From positions 36,178-100,177 of IMG/VR virus record IMGVR_UViG_3300037261_000082: DNA of 64,000 nt; one strand, 5' to 3'. The DNA is from a virus. The notes beneath the pieces were generated by a model that worked only from the letters and a program-made list of their open reading frames with translations, searched no databases and had not been told where the DNA came from. This document shows positions 20,092-28,990 of this stretch, piece by piece. The translations under genes and the position numbers were made by a program. Position 1 is the stretch's first letter, and every line of letters begins with the position of its first letter.

Positions 20092-20106
20092 TTAAGGCCC
20101 GATTAA
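20092..20106. promoter_or_regulatory. CtrA-type box
   Basis: TTAA-GGCCCGA-TTAA matches TTAA-N7-TTAA in intergenic DNA. Confidence 0.45.
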
Positions 20107-20319
20107 GGGGGCCTAGTCGGGGTAGGGCTGTTTTGGGCCTAAATAAGGGGTAAACCAGGGCCTAGAGACGGCTGCAGAGACGTTTTAGGGGGTGGGGAGC
20201 CACCGCTACGCCGATAAGGGCTAAAAGCCTCTAAAAAGGCCCTTTTAGGCCGATTAGAGATAGGCCTGGTTTTATTGGGGTTTTGACGTATTACCCCCTC
20301 TAGAGCTGCCCTCGGGGGC

Positions 20320-20595
20320 CTAGCCGGGGGTAGGCTTGACGATTTTAAGGTGAGCTACCTGGGCCGGGGTGCTGGGCGTTTCTAGCCACTTAAACCAAAG
20401 GGCCATTTCAGCACGGGTGTTAAAGAAGACCGTGGATTCCGGCAGAACGTCTAGGTCAATGAGACGCATAAAGGTAGCGGGCATATCGTCCGGTCGGAAC
20501 AGATAAAGAGTTGGCGTAATAAGGCTTACAATTTTGCCAGTTAGATAATGCTCGTCATCAGTTTCGAGCATGATGAATTTTCCGACAAGGCTCAT
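20320..20595 (-). CDS. Hypothetical protein
   Basis: ATGA-coupled to the ProQ-like gene; AAGGA RBS. Confidence 0.6.
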   Translation of the reverse strand: MSLVGKFIMLETDDEHYLTGKIVSLITPTLYLFRPDDMPATFMRLIDLDVLPESTVFFNTRAEMALWFKWLETPSTPAQVAHLKIVKPTPG

Positions 20596-20951
20596 GATTT
20601 TATTCCTTTGATTATGCTGGCCCAATTTTCCTGAGTTTCTTTAGAAAGTTGTTCCATTTGTTCTTTTGCACGGGTAGCCTGGGCAGCATTCACAGAACCA
20701 ACAATTTTTCCTTGAAGGCTATACCGAGGTGCCCCTTCTAGTAGCATAGCCTTATAACTTGGTCCAGCAACATAATCTTCCAGGGCTTTCCGCAAAAGCC
20801 AGGAATTTATTTTTGGTAATTGAGCACGAATATCGTCATAGATTCCTACCTTCAACGGGCGTTTTGTAGTTCGAACCGGGCAGAAACAGTTTGGGAACCG
20901 CTCCACCAAAGACTCACGGATTTTCTGGATCTTTTTAGAGAGGTTGCTCAT
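20592..20951 (-). CDS. ProQ/FinO-domain RNA chaperone
   Basis: L.ERFP.CF..RPLKVGI..DI..L..Y....Y......G..R..L.G...G.V pattern. Confidence 0.88.
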   Translation of the reverse strand: MSNLSKKIQKIRESLVERFPNCFCPVRTTKRPLKVGIYDDIRAQLPKINSWLLRKALEDYVAGPSYKAMLLEGAPRYSLQGKIVGSVNAAQATRAKEQMEQLSKETQENWASIIKGIKS

Positions 20952-20999
20952 AGTAAAAACATACTAAGAGCTATGGGGTTTAGAAAAACTTAAAACTCA

Positions 21000-21862
21000 C
21001 TAACAAAAAGTCGTAGTCTTTTTGCAATAGCTAGTTTAAGTTGAAAACGCCCGCAGGTTTAGCGACCCACGGGCGTTGATGACCAATCTAGGGCAGCTAG
21101 TGGTCAACTAGAAACTTGTTAGGAAATATATAACCTACCTGTTTCGGTAAAACTAGCCCTCCCCAGAACGGTGCCCACAGCCCTTTTAACTCTAACAGGG
21201 GTTTGCCATCGTTTCTAGCGACCTTAATCGCTCAGGGGACCCAGTCCTTTTAAGGACTGACCGAGTCCAGCAAACCAATAAAGGCTTAAAGAGGACGGAA
21301 GCTCTTAGTTCTTCCGAGACGAGTCGCGGCGGGGAGGAGACCCCCGACGCCCCCGACGGCTGAAAGGCAGCCCAGGGGATATCAACGTACTTGGTACTGG
21401 ATAAGTTGTAATGTTCAGAAAAGTTCAATCAACTCTCGGAACAATGCTACCGACTTCAGAATCAGTGGGTGGTTGCCGCTGTGATAGCGCCGCCACATGG
21501 ACCCCAGGAGAGAAATCTCCCCCAGCTTATCAAAAATTCCTCGTTCTTAAGGCAACAGCTGCGTTTGAACCACAAGGTATAGTGGAAGCAACTGTTCGCA
21601 TAGAGGGAAACAGCGGGGCTGGTGTGCCCCGACAACAAAACACGGGTCCTCGTAAAACGCGACTGGCAGCTGCCTTTGATGTGAGGGTTGTAACATAACT
21701 AGGTTGCAGCTTTAGCATCTTTACCCGTTCATCTTGGCTGTAGCTAGAGTTGCATTAACACTAGCACATAGGTGCTGGACCAGACGCGGGTCCTACGCCA
21801 GCCAGGGTAGCGGGGGTCTTTATATGGCTGCAAGGGTAGGACGGTAGTGTGCTAGTGTTATG
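21000..21862. ncRNA. Candidate large structured RNA or structured origin/regulatory region
   Basis: No convincing ORF; dense series of hairpins including a 13-bp stem 21756-21768/21848-21860. Confidence 0.4.
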
Positions 21863-21917
21863 TAAATGAATGAAAATAGAGTATGATTGCATGTGCAGGC
21901 TTAGATAGGGTAATAGC

Positions 21918-22319
21918 ATGACCACCTGGACGGCTGACCGCACTGAAATACTGGTTAAGTTACGAAAGAAGCACCAGCCTGTATCTGTCATGGTTGAACG
22001 TCTTGGTATTACTCGTACCGCCATCATGGGTAAGTTGTTTCGTTTAGGACTGTCCGTGGCAAGAGTTCGCAACCCAGCACCAACCTTGACTGCACCTGAG
22101 CCACACTCTACGCGAGTAGGCATCACTCTTTTGCAGTTGACGAGTAAAACCTGTCATTGGCCTCTGGGTGATCCCCAGCAATCCAACTTTGCCTTCTGTG
22201 GGGATGTGAGTCTAGATGGTTGCCCTTATTGTGAAGCCCACGCTAAGATTGCTTATAATAAAGGTGGGAACATAAGAGTGACGATGAAAGCTTCAGCGTA
22301 TTGGAAAAAGCGGTATTAA
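21918..22319 (+). CDS. gcrA: GcrA-like cell-cycle regulator
   Basis: WT..R...L..L, LGITR.AIMGK..RLGL, L.QL...CHWPLGDP, FCG, PYC..H...AY. Confidence 0.88.
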   Translation: MTTWTADRTEILVKLRKKHQPVSVMVERLGITRTAIMGKLFRLGLSVARVRNPAPTLTAPEPHSTRVGITLLQLTSKTCHWPLGDPQQSNFAFCGDVSLDGCPYCEAHAKIAYNKGGNIRVTMKASAYWKKRY

Positions 22320-22369
22320 TGAAAAGCTGGGAAGTCGTATGACTAGGCATCTAAATCGGATAAACATCA

Positions 22370-23620
22370 ATGACAAAGAAAATCACCAAACTAACTACTA
22401 GCCAAGAAACTCGTCTTATCGAGTTTCGTGAGGAATGGCTAAAGATTGGGTTATGCTGTGAACCGGCGGATTTTACAACTGGCGATGAAGTCATTCGTGG
22501 TTTTTACGCGAGGCTAAAGAAGCCTTCGCCAATAATCTTGCATTTCTCATCACCAGCAATATGCGAACTGGCAGTAAACTTTATCTTTATGTTGCTTAAA
22601 GAGAAACCGAGCCAGTTGTGGAGCCAGTTGGGGAGCCAGTTGGAGAGCCAGTTGTGGAGCCAGTTGGGGAGCCAGTTGCGGAGCCAGTTGGGGAGCCAGT
22701 TGGGGAGCCAGTTGCGGAGCCAGTTGGGGAGCCAGTTGGAGAGCCAGTTGTGGAGCCAGTTGCGGAGCCAGTTGCGGAGCCAGTTGGGGAGCCAGTTGGG
22801 GAGCCAGTTGTGGAGCCAGTTGTGGAGCCAGTTGGGGAGCCAGTTGTGGAGCCAGTTGTGGAGCCAGTTGCGGAGCCAGTTGGGGAGCCAGTTGGGGAGC
22901 CAGTTGTGGAGCCAGTTGTGGAGCCAGTTGGGGAGCCAGTTGGGGAGCCAGTTGCGGAGCCAGTTGTGGAGCCCCCAGCTTTATTTTCGAAATAATAGTT
23001 TTGGCGGGCAACACTGGTGTGCCTGGGAGGCTTTTTATCTTTTTGGGCACGAAATTGGTGTAACTTATAAAGCCGAAGACATTGCGCTTCTGTTGGAATG
23101 GGCCAGACAATCACAAAGTATTGGTTGGTGGGCACCTTGGGATGGGATTTGCTTTGTGAGTGACCGTCCGCGTTTAGTTAAGTTCGATGCTGAAAAGCGT
23201 TTTCATAATGAAACCGGAAAATCCGTCGAATACTCTGATGGCTGGGGGGTTTCATCTTGGCATGGAGTGCAAGTGCCAGACGAGTGGATAGTAAAGAAGC
23301 AAGACCTTACTCCGAAGGTTGCCCTAACTTGGAAAAACATTGAGCAGCGTCGTGCGGCTTGCGAGATTATAGGTTGGGAGCGTATATTGCACGAGTTGAA
23401 TGCTAAGACTATTGATAAGGACGGTGACCCAGAAATAGGTGAACTTGTAGAAGTAGAATTGCCGGAAATTGGCAAAGAGAAATTTCTACGGGTAGTATGT
23501 GGTACTAAGCGGTCTTTTGCTTTGCCAGTGCCTCCTAATATGAAAACTGCACTAGAGGCCAATGCTTGGACCTTTGGGCTTGACAAGGTAACCTTCGTTC
23601 GGCCTGAGGTTAGAACTTAA
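22370..23620 (+). CDS. DUF6745-like protein with a tetrapeptide repeat
   Basis: 30 SQLx repeats; C-terminal WW.PW..ICF.SDRP, H...G..V.Y.DGW....WHGV.VP, N.EQRR. Confidence 0.8.
   Translation: MTKKITKLTTSQETRLIEFREEWLKIGLCCEPADFTTGDEVIRGFYARLKKPSPIILHFSSPAICELAVNFIFMLLKEKPSQLWSQLGSQLESQLWSQLGSQLRSQLGSQLGSQLRSQLGSQLESQLWSQLRSQLRSQLGSQLGSQLWSQLWSQLGSQLWSQLWSQLRSQLGSQLGSQLWSQLWSQLGSQLGSQLRSQLWSPQLYFRNNSFGGQHWCAWEAFYLFGHEIGVTYKAEDIALLLEWARQSQSIGWWAPWDGICFVSDRPRLVKFDAEKRFHNETGKSVEYSDGWGVSSWHGVQVPDEWIVKKQDLTPKVALTWKNIEQRRAACEIIGWERILHELNAKTIDKDGDPEIGELVEVELPEIGKEKFLRVVCGTKRSFALPVPPNMKTALEANAWTFGLDKVTFVRPEVRT
22610..22969 (+). repeat. 12-bp coding tandem repeat, 30 copies
   Basis: AGCCAGTTG plus TGG/GGG/CGG/GAG, uninterrupted. 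Confidence 0.97.
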
Positions 23621-23645
23621 CTCTTGCTTGGAGAAAGTATCCCCG

Positions 23646-23984
23646 ATGAAAACCTTTAAGAACTTTTGCGCGCAGGGTGATATCTACATTCGTCGTGTAG
23701 ATAAATTGCCAACAGAAGCAATTGCTGTTAAGGCAGAGAATGGCCAGGTAACTGTTACCCATTCGGAAACTGGGCATCACCACGTGATGGACGCGACTAC
23801 AGTTACAATGTACCGGCTGCCAAACTCAATCATGGACTGCTTGCTTGTGGTAGATCAGCCAACGGCTCTTGAGCATTTGCGGGAGTTTGATCAGCACGAG
23901 CCTATCATGTTTGACAAGGGTATCTACCATGTCCGTCGCCAGCAGGAACACACACCTGAAGGATTGCGGCGGGTAGAAGACTAG
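23646..23984 (+). CDS. His-rich partner of the DUF6745-like protein
   Basis: QGD, HSETGHHH, L.H....H..I...G.Y.VRRQ.E, RV.D. Confidence 0.75.
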   Translation: MKTFKNFCAQGDIYIRRVDKLPTEAIAVKAENGQVTVTHSETGHHHVMDATTVTMYRLPNSIMDCLLVVDQPTALEHLREFDQHEPIMFDKGIYHVRRQQEHTPEGLRRVED

Positions 23985-23991
23985 CTGTCTT

Positions 23992-24471
23992 ATGAGGGGC
24001 AATGCTGACCTAACTTTGGTGCTTAAGCATCTGCCAAAGCTAGGTAGACTTGATCTCGAAAAAGTTCGCCAGCGGACGGTCTTCTTGTTGGGAGTAGCCG
24101 CGCCTAAAGGAAATCCTTCTGAACAGGATTGGTTGTTAGACGGCATAACAAGTGAGTTGCGACGACGTGGGTTGTGGTCCCGTTCTCCTGTTCCTAAGAA
24201 GTTGTTGCCTGAAGGTTTTGCTGAGAAGTCTGTTGTTGTTAGGGAGCATCTATTGAAGGGCTTGACTAAGCCTAACCCGCGCCCGGCAGAGCGTATGGCG
24301 TTAGGGGCACTCGCGGCAGCTGCACTAGCAGATTATCTGACGAAGGTGCAAGTGCCTGTTGGGCCGAAGACTTTGCTAAACAATATTGAGAAGGTACCGC
24401 TTGCGTTAGAAGAATCATTTCCCGGCTACTGGGCACAAAAGTTACTGGGTTTCTGCGTGAAAGTGAGTTAG
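23992..24471 (+). CDS. Hypothetical protein upstream of the helicase
   Basis: 159-aa ORF in the operon. Confidence 0.6.
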   Translation: MRGNADLTLVLKHLPKLGRLDLEKVRQRTVFLLGVAAPKGNPSEQDWLLDGITSELRRRGLWSRSPVPKKLLPEGFAEKSVVVREHLLKGLTKPNPRPAERMALGALAAAALADYLTKVQVPVGPKTLLNNIEKVPLALEESFPGYWAQKLLGFCVKVS

Positions 24472-24474
24472 GTC

Positions 24475-25905
24475 TTGGCGGGCGAGGAACCACTCACAGA
24501 GTCCCTACAGGAAGCCATTCTGGCTGTCTTGGCGTTTGACGCTAAGCACGGAGCACTTATAGCAACTCAGGTTGCTCCTGAACACTTTTCAGGACAGTAC
24601 CATGAAATTGCTGGGCCGGTATTAGAGTACCGCAAGAAGTATGGCAAGCCCCCAGGCCACGCTCACCTAGAGCATATATTCTCCCGTTCGAAGCTAGACC
24701 CGGCCGACCGCAGAACGGCGGCGCTGCGGCGTACCTTAGTCAATTTGTCTTCCCAGGCCGAAGCCCTCAATGCTGAATACATCGTCTCTCGGGTACAGGA
24801 CTTCGTACGGTCGCAGAAGCTAATCTCAGCCCTTCTGGCAGCCAATGACCGGGCGGTGCAGGGTGGCGAGGGGATGGCAACGGACGTGGAGGGTATTCTC
24901 CACACGGCGCTGCGTTACCGCCAGACTACTTTAGACGCTGGTACATTCTTAAATCAGATAGAAAAGTCTGCACTATTTTCTCCTCGTGCTGAGGAAACTT
25001 ATGCATTAGGTATTCCAGAACTAGATCGTTTGGGCATAGGTCCTGCTGCTAAACGGTTGATGCTTTACATTGCTCCGAAAAATACGGGGAAGTCATGGGC
25101 ATGTGTTCATGTAGGGCGTCAGTGCCTTCTACAAAAAGCCAAGGTGGTGCATATTTCACTTGAAATGTCAGAACGAGAGGTTTTGGGAAGATATTATCAA
25201 AATTTCTTCAGCATTGCTACGCGGTCTGATCCCTATACCAAAGCAACTCTAGAGTTTGATGAGTTAGAAAGGTTGACTGGCTTTAAGGTGCGGCGCAGTA
25301 AGCCTAAGCTAGATTTTGGTGATCCAGGTATTCGAAAGTTCCTTCGCAATAAAGTGAGCTCCTGGGGAACACGCTTTAAGCGCCTTGTTATCAAAGAGTA
25401 CCCATCAGGCACTCTCACGATTGATGCTTTACGGGGCTACCTAGACTACCTAGAGTTGGTAGAGAAATTCATACCCAACGTGCTGATTGTGGATTATGGG
25501 GATTTGTTTGCTATAAAATCAACTGACTACCGTCTTGCGCTGGGGCGAATATTTGTGGATTTGCGAGGTTTAGCTTCTGAGCGTAATCTAGCTGTGGTTG
25601 TGCCTACGCAATCAGGGCGTTCGAGCATAGGAGCGAAGCGGGTTAATAGCGCCAATGTAACAGAGGATATTAGCAAAGTCTTTACTTCCGACTTAGTAAT
25701 AGCATATAGTCAAACAAATGCAGAGGAGAAGTTGGGGTTAGCGCGGTTATCAGTAGAACATGCTAGAAATGCTCCTAGGGGGTCAGTAATTCTAATTTCT
25801 CAATCTTATAGTACTGGCCAATTTGTGTTAGAGTCTGCTGCTTTGACTAGCAACGCATATTGGGAAAAGTTACGTGAGGTCACAGGAGATGATGGTGAGG
25901 GCTAA
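24475..25905 (+). CDS. DnaB-like replicative helicase
   Basis: APKNTGKS, HISLEMS, IVDY, PTQ.GR and EDISK motifs. Confidence 0.88.
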   Translation: MAGEEPLTESLQEAILAVLAFDAKHGALIATQVAPEHFSGQYHEIAGPVLEYRKKYGKPPGHAHLEHIFSRSKLDPADRRTAALRRTLVNLSSQAEALNAEYIVSRVQDFVRSQKLISALLAANDRAVQGGEGMATDVEGILHTALRYRQTTLDAGTFLNQIEKSALFSPRAEETYALGIPELDRLGIGPAAKRLMLYIAPKNTGKSWACVHVGRQCLLQKAKVVHISLEMSEREVLGRYYQNFFSIATRSDPYTKATLEFDELERLTGFKVRRSKPKLDFGDPGIRKFLRNKVSSWGTRFKRLVIKEYPSGTLTIDALRGYLDYLELVEKFIPNVLIVDYGDLFAIKSTDYRLALGRIFVDLRGLASERNLAVVVPTQSGRSSIGAKRVNSANVTEDISKVFTSDLVIAYSQTNAEEKLGLARLSVEHARNAPRGSVILISQSYSTGQFVLESAALTSNAYWEKLREVTGDDGEG

Positions 25906-26458
25906 TCCCGATAAATCTTTGAAACGTAGGCGGTCGCTACGCACGCAATATATGGGGCATAAACAGCGAGCTATTCGCAGTGGTATTGGATTTGATATGA
26001 CTTTTGAGGAATGGTCCAATATTTGGGTTGATTCAGGGCATTGGGAGGAGCGTGGTGTGCGTAAAGGTCAATATGTAATGGCTCGCACAAAAGATCAGGG
26101 GCCTTACAAGGTTGGTAACGTTCGGATTTGTACGGTTGAAGAGAATAGAGCAGAACAAACTGCAAATATTCGTCCAGAAACGCGCGCAAAAATAAGCAAG
26201 TCTTTGTTAAATAACAAACGTACGGTTGGTAATAAAAATCACTTAGGTTGCTCGCAGCCGCAATCTGCTAAAGATGCAATAAGCAGGAAAAATCGAGGTC
26301 GGGTGTTGAGTGATAAGACTAAGGCTAGAATGAGTAAAGCTAAGAAAAATAACATTTATCGTTTAGGTACAACACAGTCTTTGGAGACTAGAGCTAAAAT
26401 GCGTGCGGCTCAAACTAGGAGACGCTTACGAGAGAAAGGGTTTTATTTGCTGTATTAG
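25889..26458 (+). CDS. HNH-like homing endonuclease with NUMOD3-like tail
   Basis: GI.F..TFEEW..IW..SGH, MAR..D.GPY.VGNVRIC...EN; paralog of 42545-43180. Confidence 0.75.
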   Translation: MMVRANPDKSLKRRRSLRTQYMGHKQRAIRSGIGFDMTFEEWSNIWVDSGHWEERGVRKGQYVMARTKDQGPYKVGNVRICTVEENRAEQTANIRPETRAKISKSLLNNKRTVGNKNHLGCSQPQSAKDAISRKNRGRVLSDKTKARMSKAKKNNIYRLGTTQSLETRAKMRAAQTRRRLREKGFYLLY

Positions 26459-26489
26459 GCAACGGTATGGTTTGGTAGGGAGACTAATC

Positions 26490-27158
26490 ATGGGCGCACG
26501 AAATGAATGTGTTGAGGCAGTTTTACTAGAACTAGAACGCTTTGGTTTGAAGGGCGAAGTCAGTGCCCTCGCTAAGCATATGGAGATTGCTTGGCATTAT
26601 CCTGATGGTACAAGACGTATTCAGATAGTTCCAGCTACTCCGTCAGACCATCGTGCTGCATTAAACTCTCGTGGCGACGTGCGGCGACAGTTGCGTGCTG
26701 ATAACGTACAGAAGCCTGAGCGCCCGGTTGTTAGCTTAGGCAAGGCATTACAGCTGCCCAGCCCTAATGATTTTGCGGCTAATAGATTGGCGCGGCTAGA
26801 GAAGGATGTTGAGGGTTTGCTAGACTTAGTTGTGGAGTTAACTTCTCAACTAGCAGAAACGCAGGCGCGATTGAGCAACGCGCGAGTGATAACGACTTTG
26901 AGCTTTGAGGCTCAGCCTGTAATGGTTCCTGTTGAAACCCCTGCGGTGCCTCATCGTAAAGGTTCTCGTCAGGAAGGGATAATGTCTGCGTTGAGTAATG
27001 GTCAGTGGCGTTATCGCAATGATATTGCGGAAGAGGTTAAGGCTGACGTAAAGCTGGTGAGTGCCTGCCTAAGTAATCTTCGAGCAAAGGGCTTAGTTGA
27101 GAACGGTCTGCGCGGTTTGTGGCGCAAGGTGCCCGAACTTAGGGTGGCAGCGCAATGA
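26490..27158 (+). CDS. HicA-like, coiled-coil and winged-HTH protein
   Basis: KH..(ATPSDHRA..N...VRR.LR) N-domain; C-terminal IAEEV..VSACLSNLRAKGLVE..GLW. Confidence 0.6.
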   Translation: MGARNECVEAVLLELERFGLKGEVSALAKHMEIAWHYPDGTRRIQIVPATPSDHRAALNSRGDVRRQLRADNVQKPERPVVSLGKALQLPSPNDFAANRLARLEKDVEGLLDLVVELTSQLAETQARLSNARVITTLSFEAQPVMVPVETPAVPHRKGSRQEGIMSALSNGQWRYRNDIAEEVKADVKLVSACLSNLRAKGLVENGLRGLWRKVPELRVAAQ

Positions 27159-27427
27159 AACTTAGAACCGGGCGTAGCACTTACCCTCTCCCTAAGCATA
27201 GTCAAATTTTGTTGGTGCTTATTGAGGGGAATCAGAAGCACAATCAGGGAATAGACTTTGCGTTACGGCCGATAAGTCTTTCAGATATGGATGAGGTTAG
27301 TAAGCAGAAAATTAGGGCTATTCCTACCGTTTTTACAATAATTCATGGCAGGATTGAGTTTTGGCCAGTTCCTTCTAAACCTTACAAGGTGCGGGTGCGT
27401 TACGTTCCACCAATAATGGAATGCTAA
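27155..27427 (+). CDS. Hypothetical protein
   Basis: ATGA-coupled ORF. Confidence 0.55.
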   Translation: MKLRTGRSTYPLPKHSQILLVLIEGNQKHNQGIDFALRPISLSDMDEVSKQKIRAIPTVFTIIHGRIEFWPVPSKPYKVRVRYVPPIMEC

Positions 27428-28990
27428 GTGATTCCTAGCTCAGCTGTAAACAACTATCTCAGACGACAGCTTGACGGCCACCTTTGGGTGAAGCAGTTGA
27501 CGGCTAAGCAGCTAGATGCTGCTATTGCTCAATTACAGCCCCCACCAAAATTAAACCCGCGTCTTCGGCTCCATCAAAAGGGGTGCTTTCTTATTGGGGT
27601 AGCTCAGCCAAAATTCTGCTTTTTTCTCGATATGGGAACTGGGAAAACATTACTCACTCTTGAGTTGTTGCGTTACTGGTTTCAGGTTGGCTTGATAAAG
27701 CGAGCATTGATTTTCGTGACATCAGATAAAGCCTTTCCTACTTGGGAGAAGCAACTGATTGAGTTTGGTATTAAGTTACCAATTACAGCATTGGCTGGGT
27801 CGTCAGAACAGAAGTGGCAGCAGCTTGAGAAGTTTGGTGACGGGTTAGTGCTAGTTCCTTATCCCGGTGCGCTAGCTATGGTTTGCACAAAGGTAAAAGT
27901 GAAGAAAGGTAAGAAGAATAAATTCAAACTGGACTCCCAAAAAATAGCGCGACTAGCGGCTTGGGCTGGCGCAGTTGTTCTTGATGAGAGCACCAAGTGC
28001 GCGGGGGATAGTTTAACTTTTTCTATGATAGCCCATCTTTGTAAGAATGCTAAGGTGCGTTATGCTCTAGCGGGGCGTCCTTTTGGGCGTGATCCTATTA
28101 TGCTCTGGGCGCAGCACTACCTAATTGACGACGGGGAAACTTTGGGTGAGACCAAGGGTCTATTCCGGGCAGCATTTTACAATGAGAAGCCCAATTTCTG
28201 GGGTGGCCCTTATTCGAAGGATTACACATTCAAGGATAAGTTGAAGCCCACACTAGCGAAGATGATACAGCATCGTTCAATCACTTATGCAGCGGACGAA
28301 TGCATTGATATGCCCCAGGTGGTCCCCATTCGGGAGGTTGTGCGCTTTCCAGAGGAAGCTGAGCAATACTATCGTAAGGTGATAGAACAGGTTATTGCTG
28401 CGAAGGGCAATTTGCAGGAAATGAAGAGTGCCTTCCTTCGTATGCGCCAAATATCCTCTGGATTTGTTGGGATGCGTAACGAGGACACTGGTGACCGTGC
28501 TGAGATTGAGTTTGATGCAAATCCAAAGTTGGAGCGTTTACTAGAGTTGGTTGAAGAGCTTCCTGAAGGTAGGGGAGCGTGCATTTTTTATCAGCATACT
28601 TGGTTTGGGCAACGGATAGTAAAAGAATTGACGGCGTTAGGGCATAAGCCCATCTGGCTGTGGTCAGGAACTAAGGATGCTAGGGCTGAACTAGACCGTT
28701 TCGCCAAGATGAAACAACCCATTGCTGTGATTCAGAACCAGGTGGGCGCGTACTCGATAGATTCGCTCCAGCATTCAGCCAACTATCTTCTATTTGGGGA
28801 ATCCCCTTTGTCTGTGATTGACCGTGAGCAAGCGGAACGTAGGCTAGTTCGGGACGGACAGAAGCATAAGGTTTTCATTTACGATATTCTAGTGGCGGGG
28901 ACTGTAGATGAGAAAATACTTGATTTTCATGCTTCTGGTGAGGAATTATTTCAAGCATTGCTGCGTGACCCAAAAGGCACATTGTTATGA
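27428..28990 (+). CDS. SNF2-family helicase
   Basis: DMGTGKT, VLDES, LAGRP, QISSGF, NPKL, QAERRL.R.GQ. Confidence 0.9.
   Translation: MIPSSAVNNYLRRQLDGHLWVKQLTAKQLDAAIAQLQPPPKLNPRLRLHQKGCFLIGVAQPKFCFFLDMGTGKTLLTLELLRYWFQVGLIKRALIFVTSDKAFPTWEKQLIEFGIKLPITALAGSSEQKWQQLEKFGDGLVLVPYPGALAMVCTKVKVKKGKKNKFKLDSQKIARLAAWAGAVVLDESTKCAGDSLTFSMIAHLCKNAKVRYALAGRPFGRDPIMLWAQHYLIDDGETLGETKGLFRAAFYNEKPNFWGGPYSKDYTFKDKLKPTLAKMIQHRSITYAADECIDMPQVVPIREVVRFPEEAEQYYRKVIEQVIAAKGNLQEMKSAFLRMRQISSGFVGMRNEDTGDRAEIEFDANPKLERLLELVEELPEGRGACIFYQHTWFGQRIVKELTALGHKPIWLWSGTKDARAELDRFAKMKQPIAVIQNQVGAYSIDSLQHSANYLLFGESPLSVIDREQAERRLVRDGQKHKVFIYDILVAGTVDEKILDFHASGEELFQALLRDPKGTLL

Noticed and set aside
21192-21718. Short ORFs in the 21-kb spacer
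   Set aside because: No RBS or recognisable motifs, mutually overlapping, and better explained as structured non-coding sequence.
22610-22969. CRISPR array
   Set aside because: 12-bp tandem units with no spacers, in frame within a gene, and no cas genes.
22550-23135. Alternative-frame repeat ORFs (APQL, TGSP, EPVG)
   Set aside because: These are shadows of the stop-free 12-bp repeat; only the SQLx frame has conserved flanking domains.
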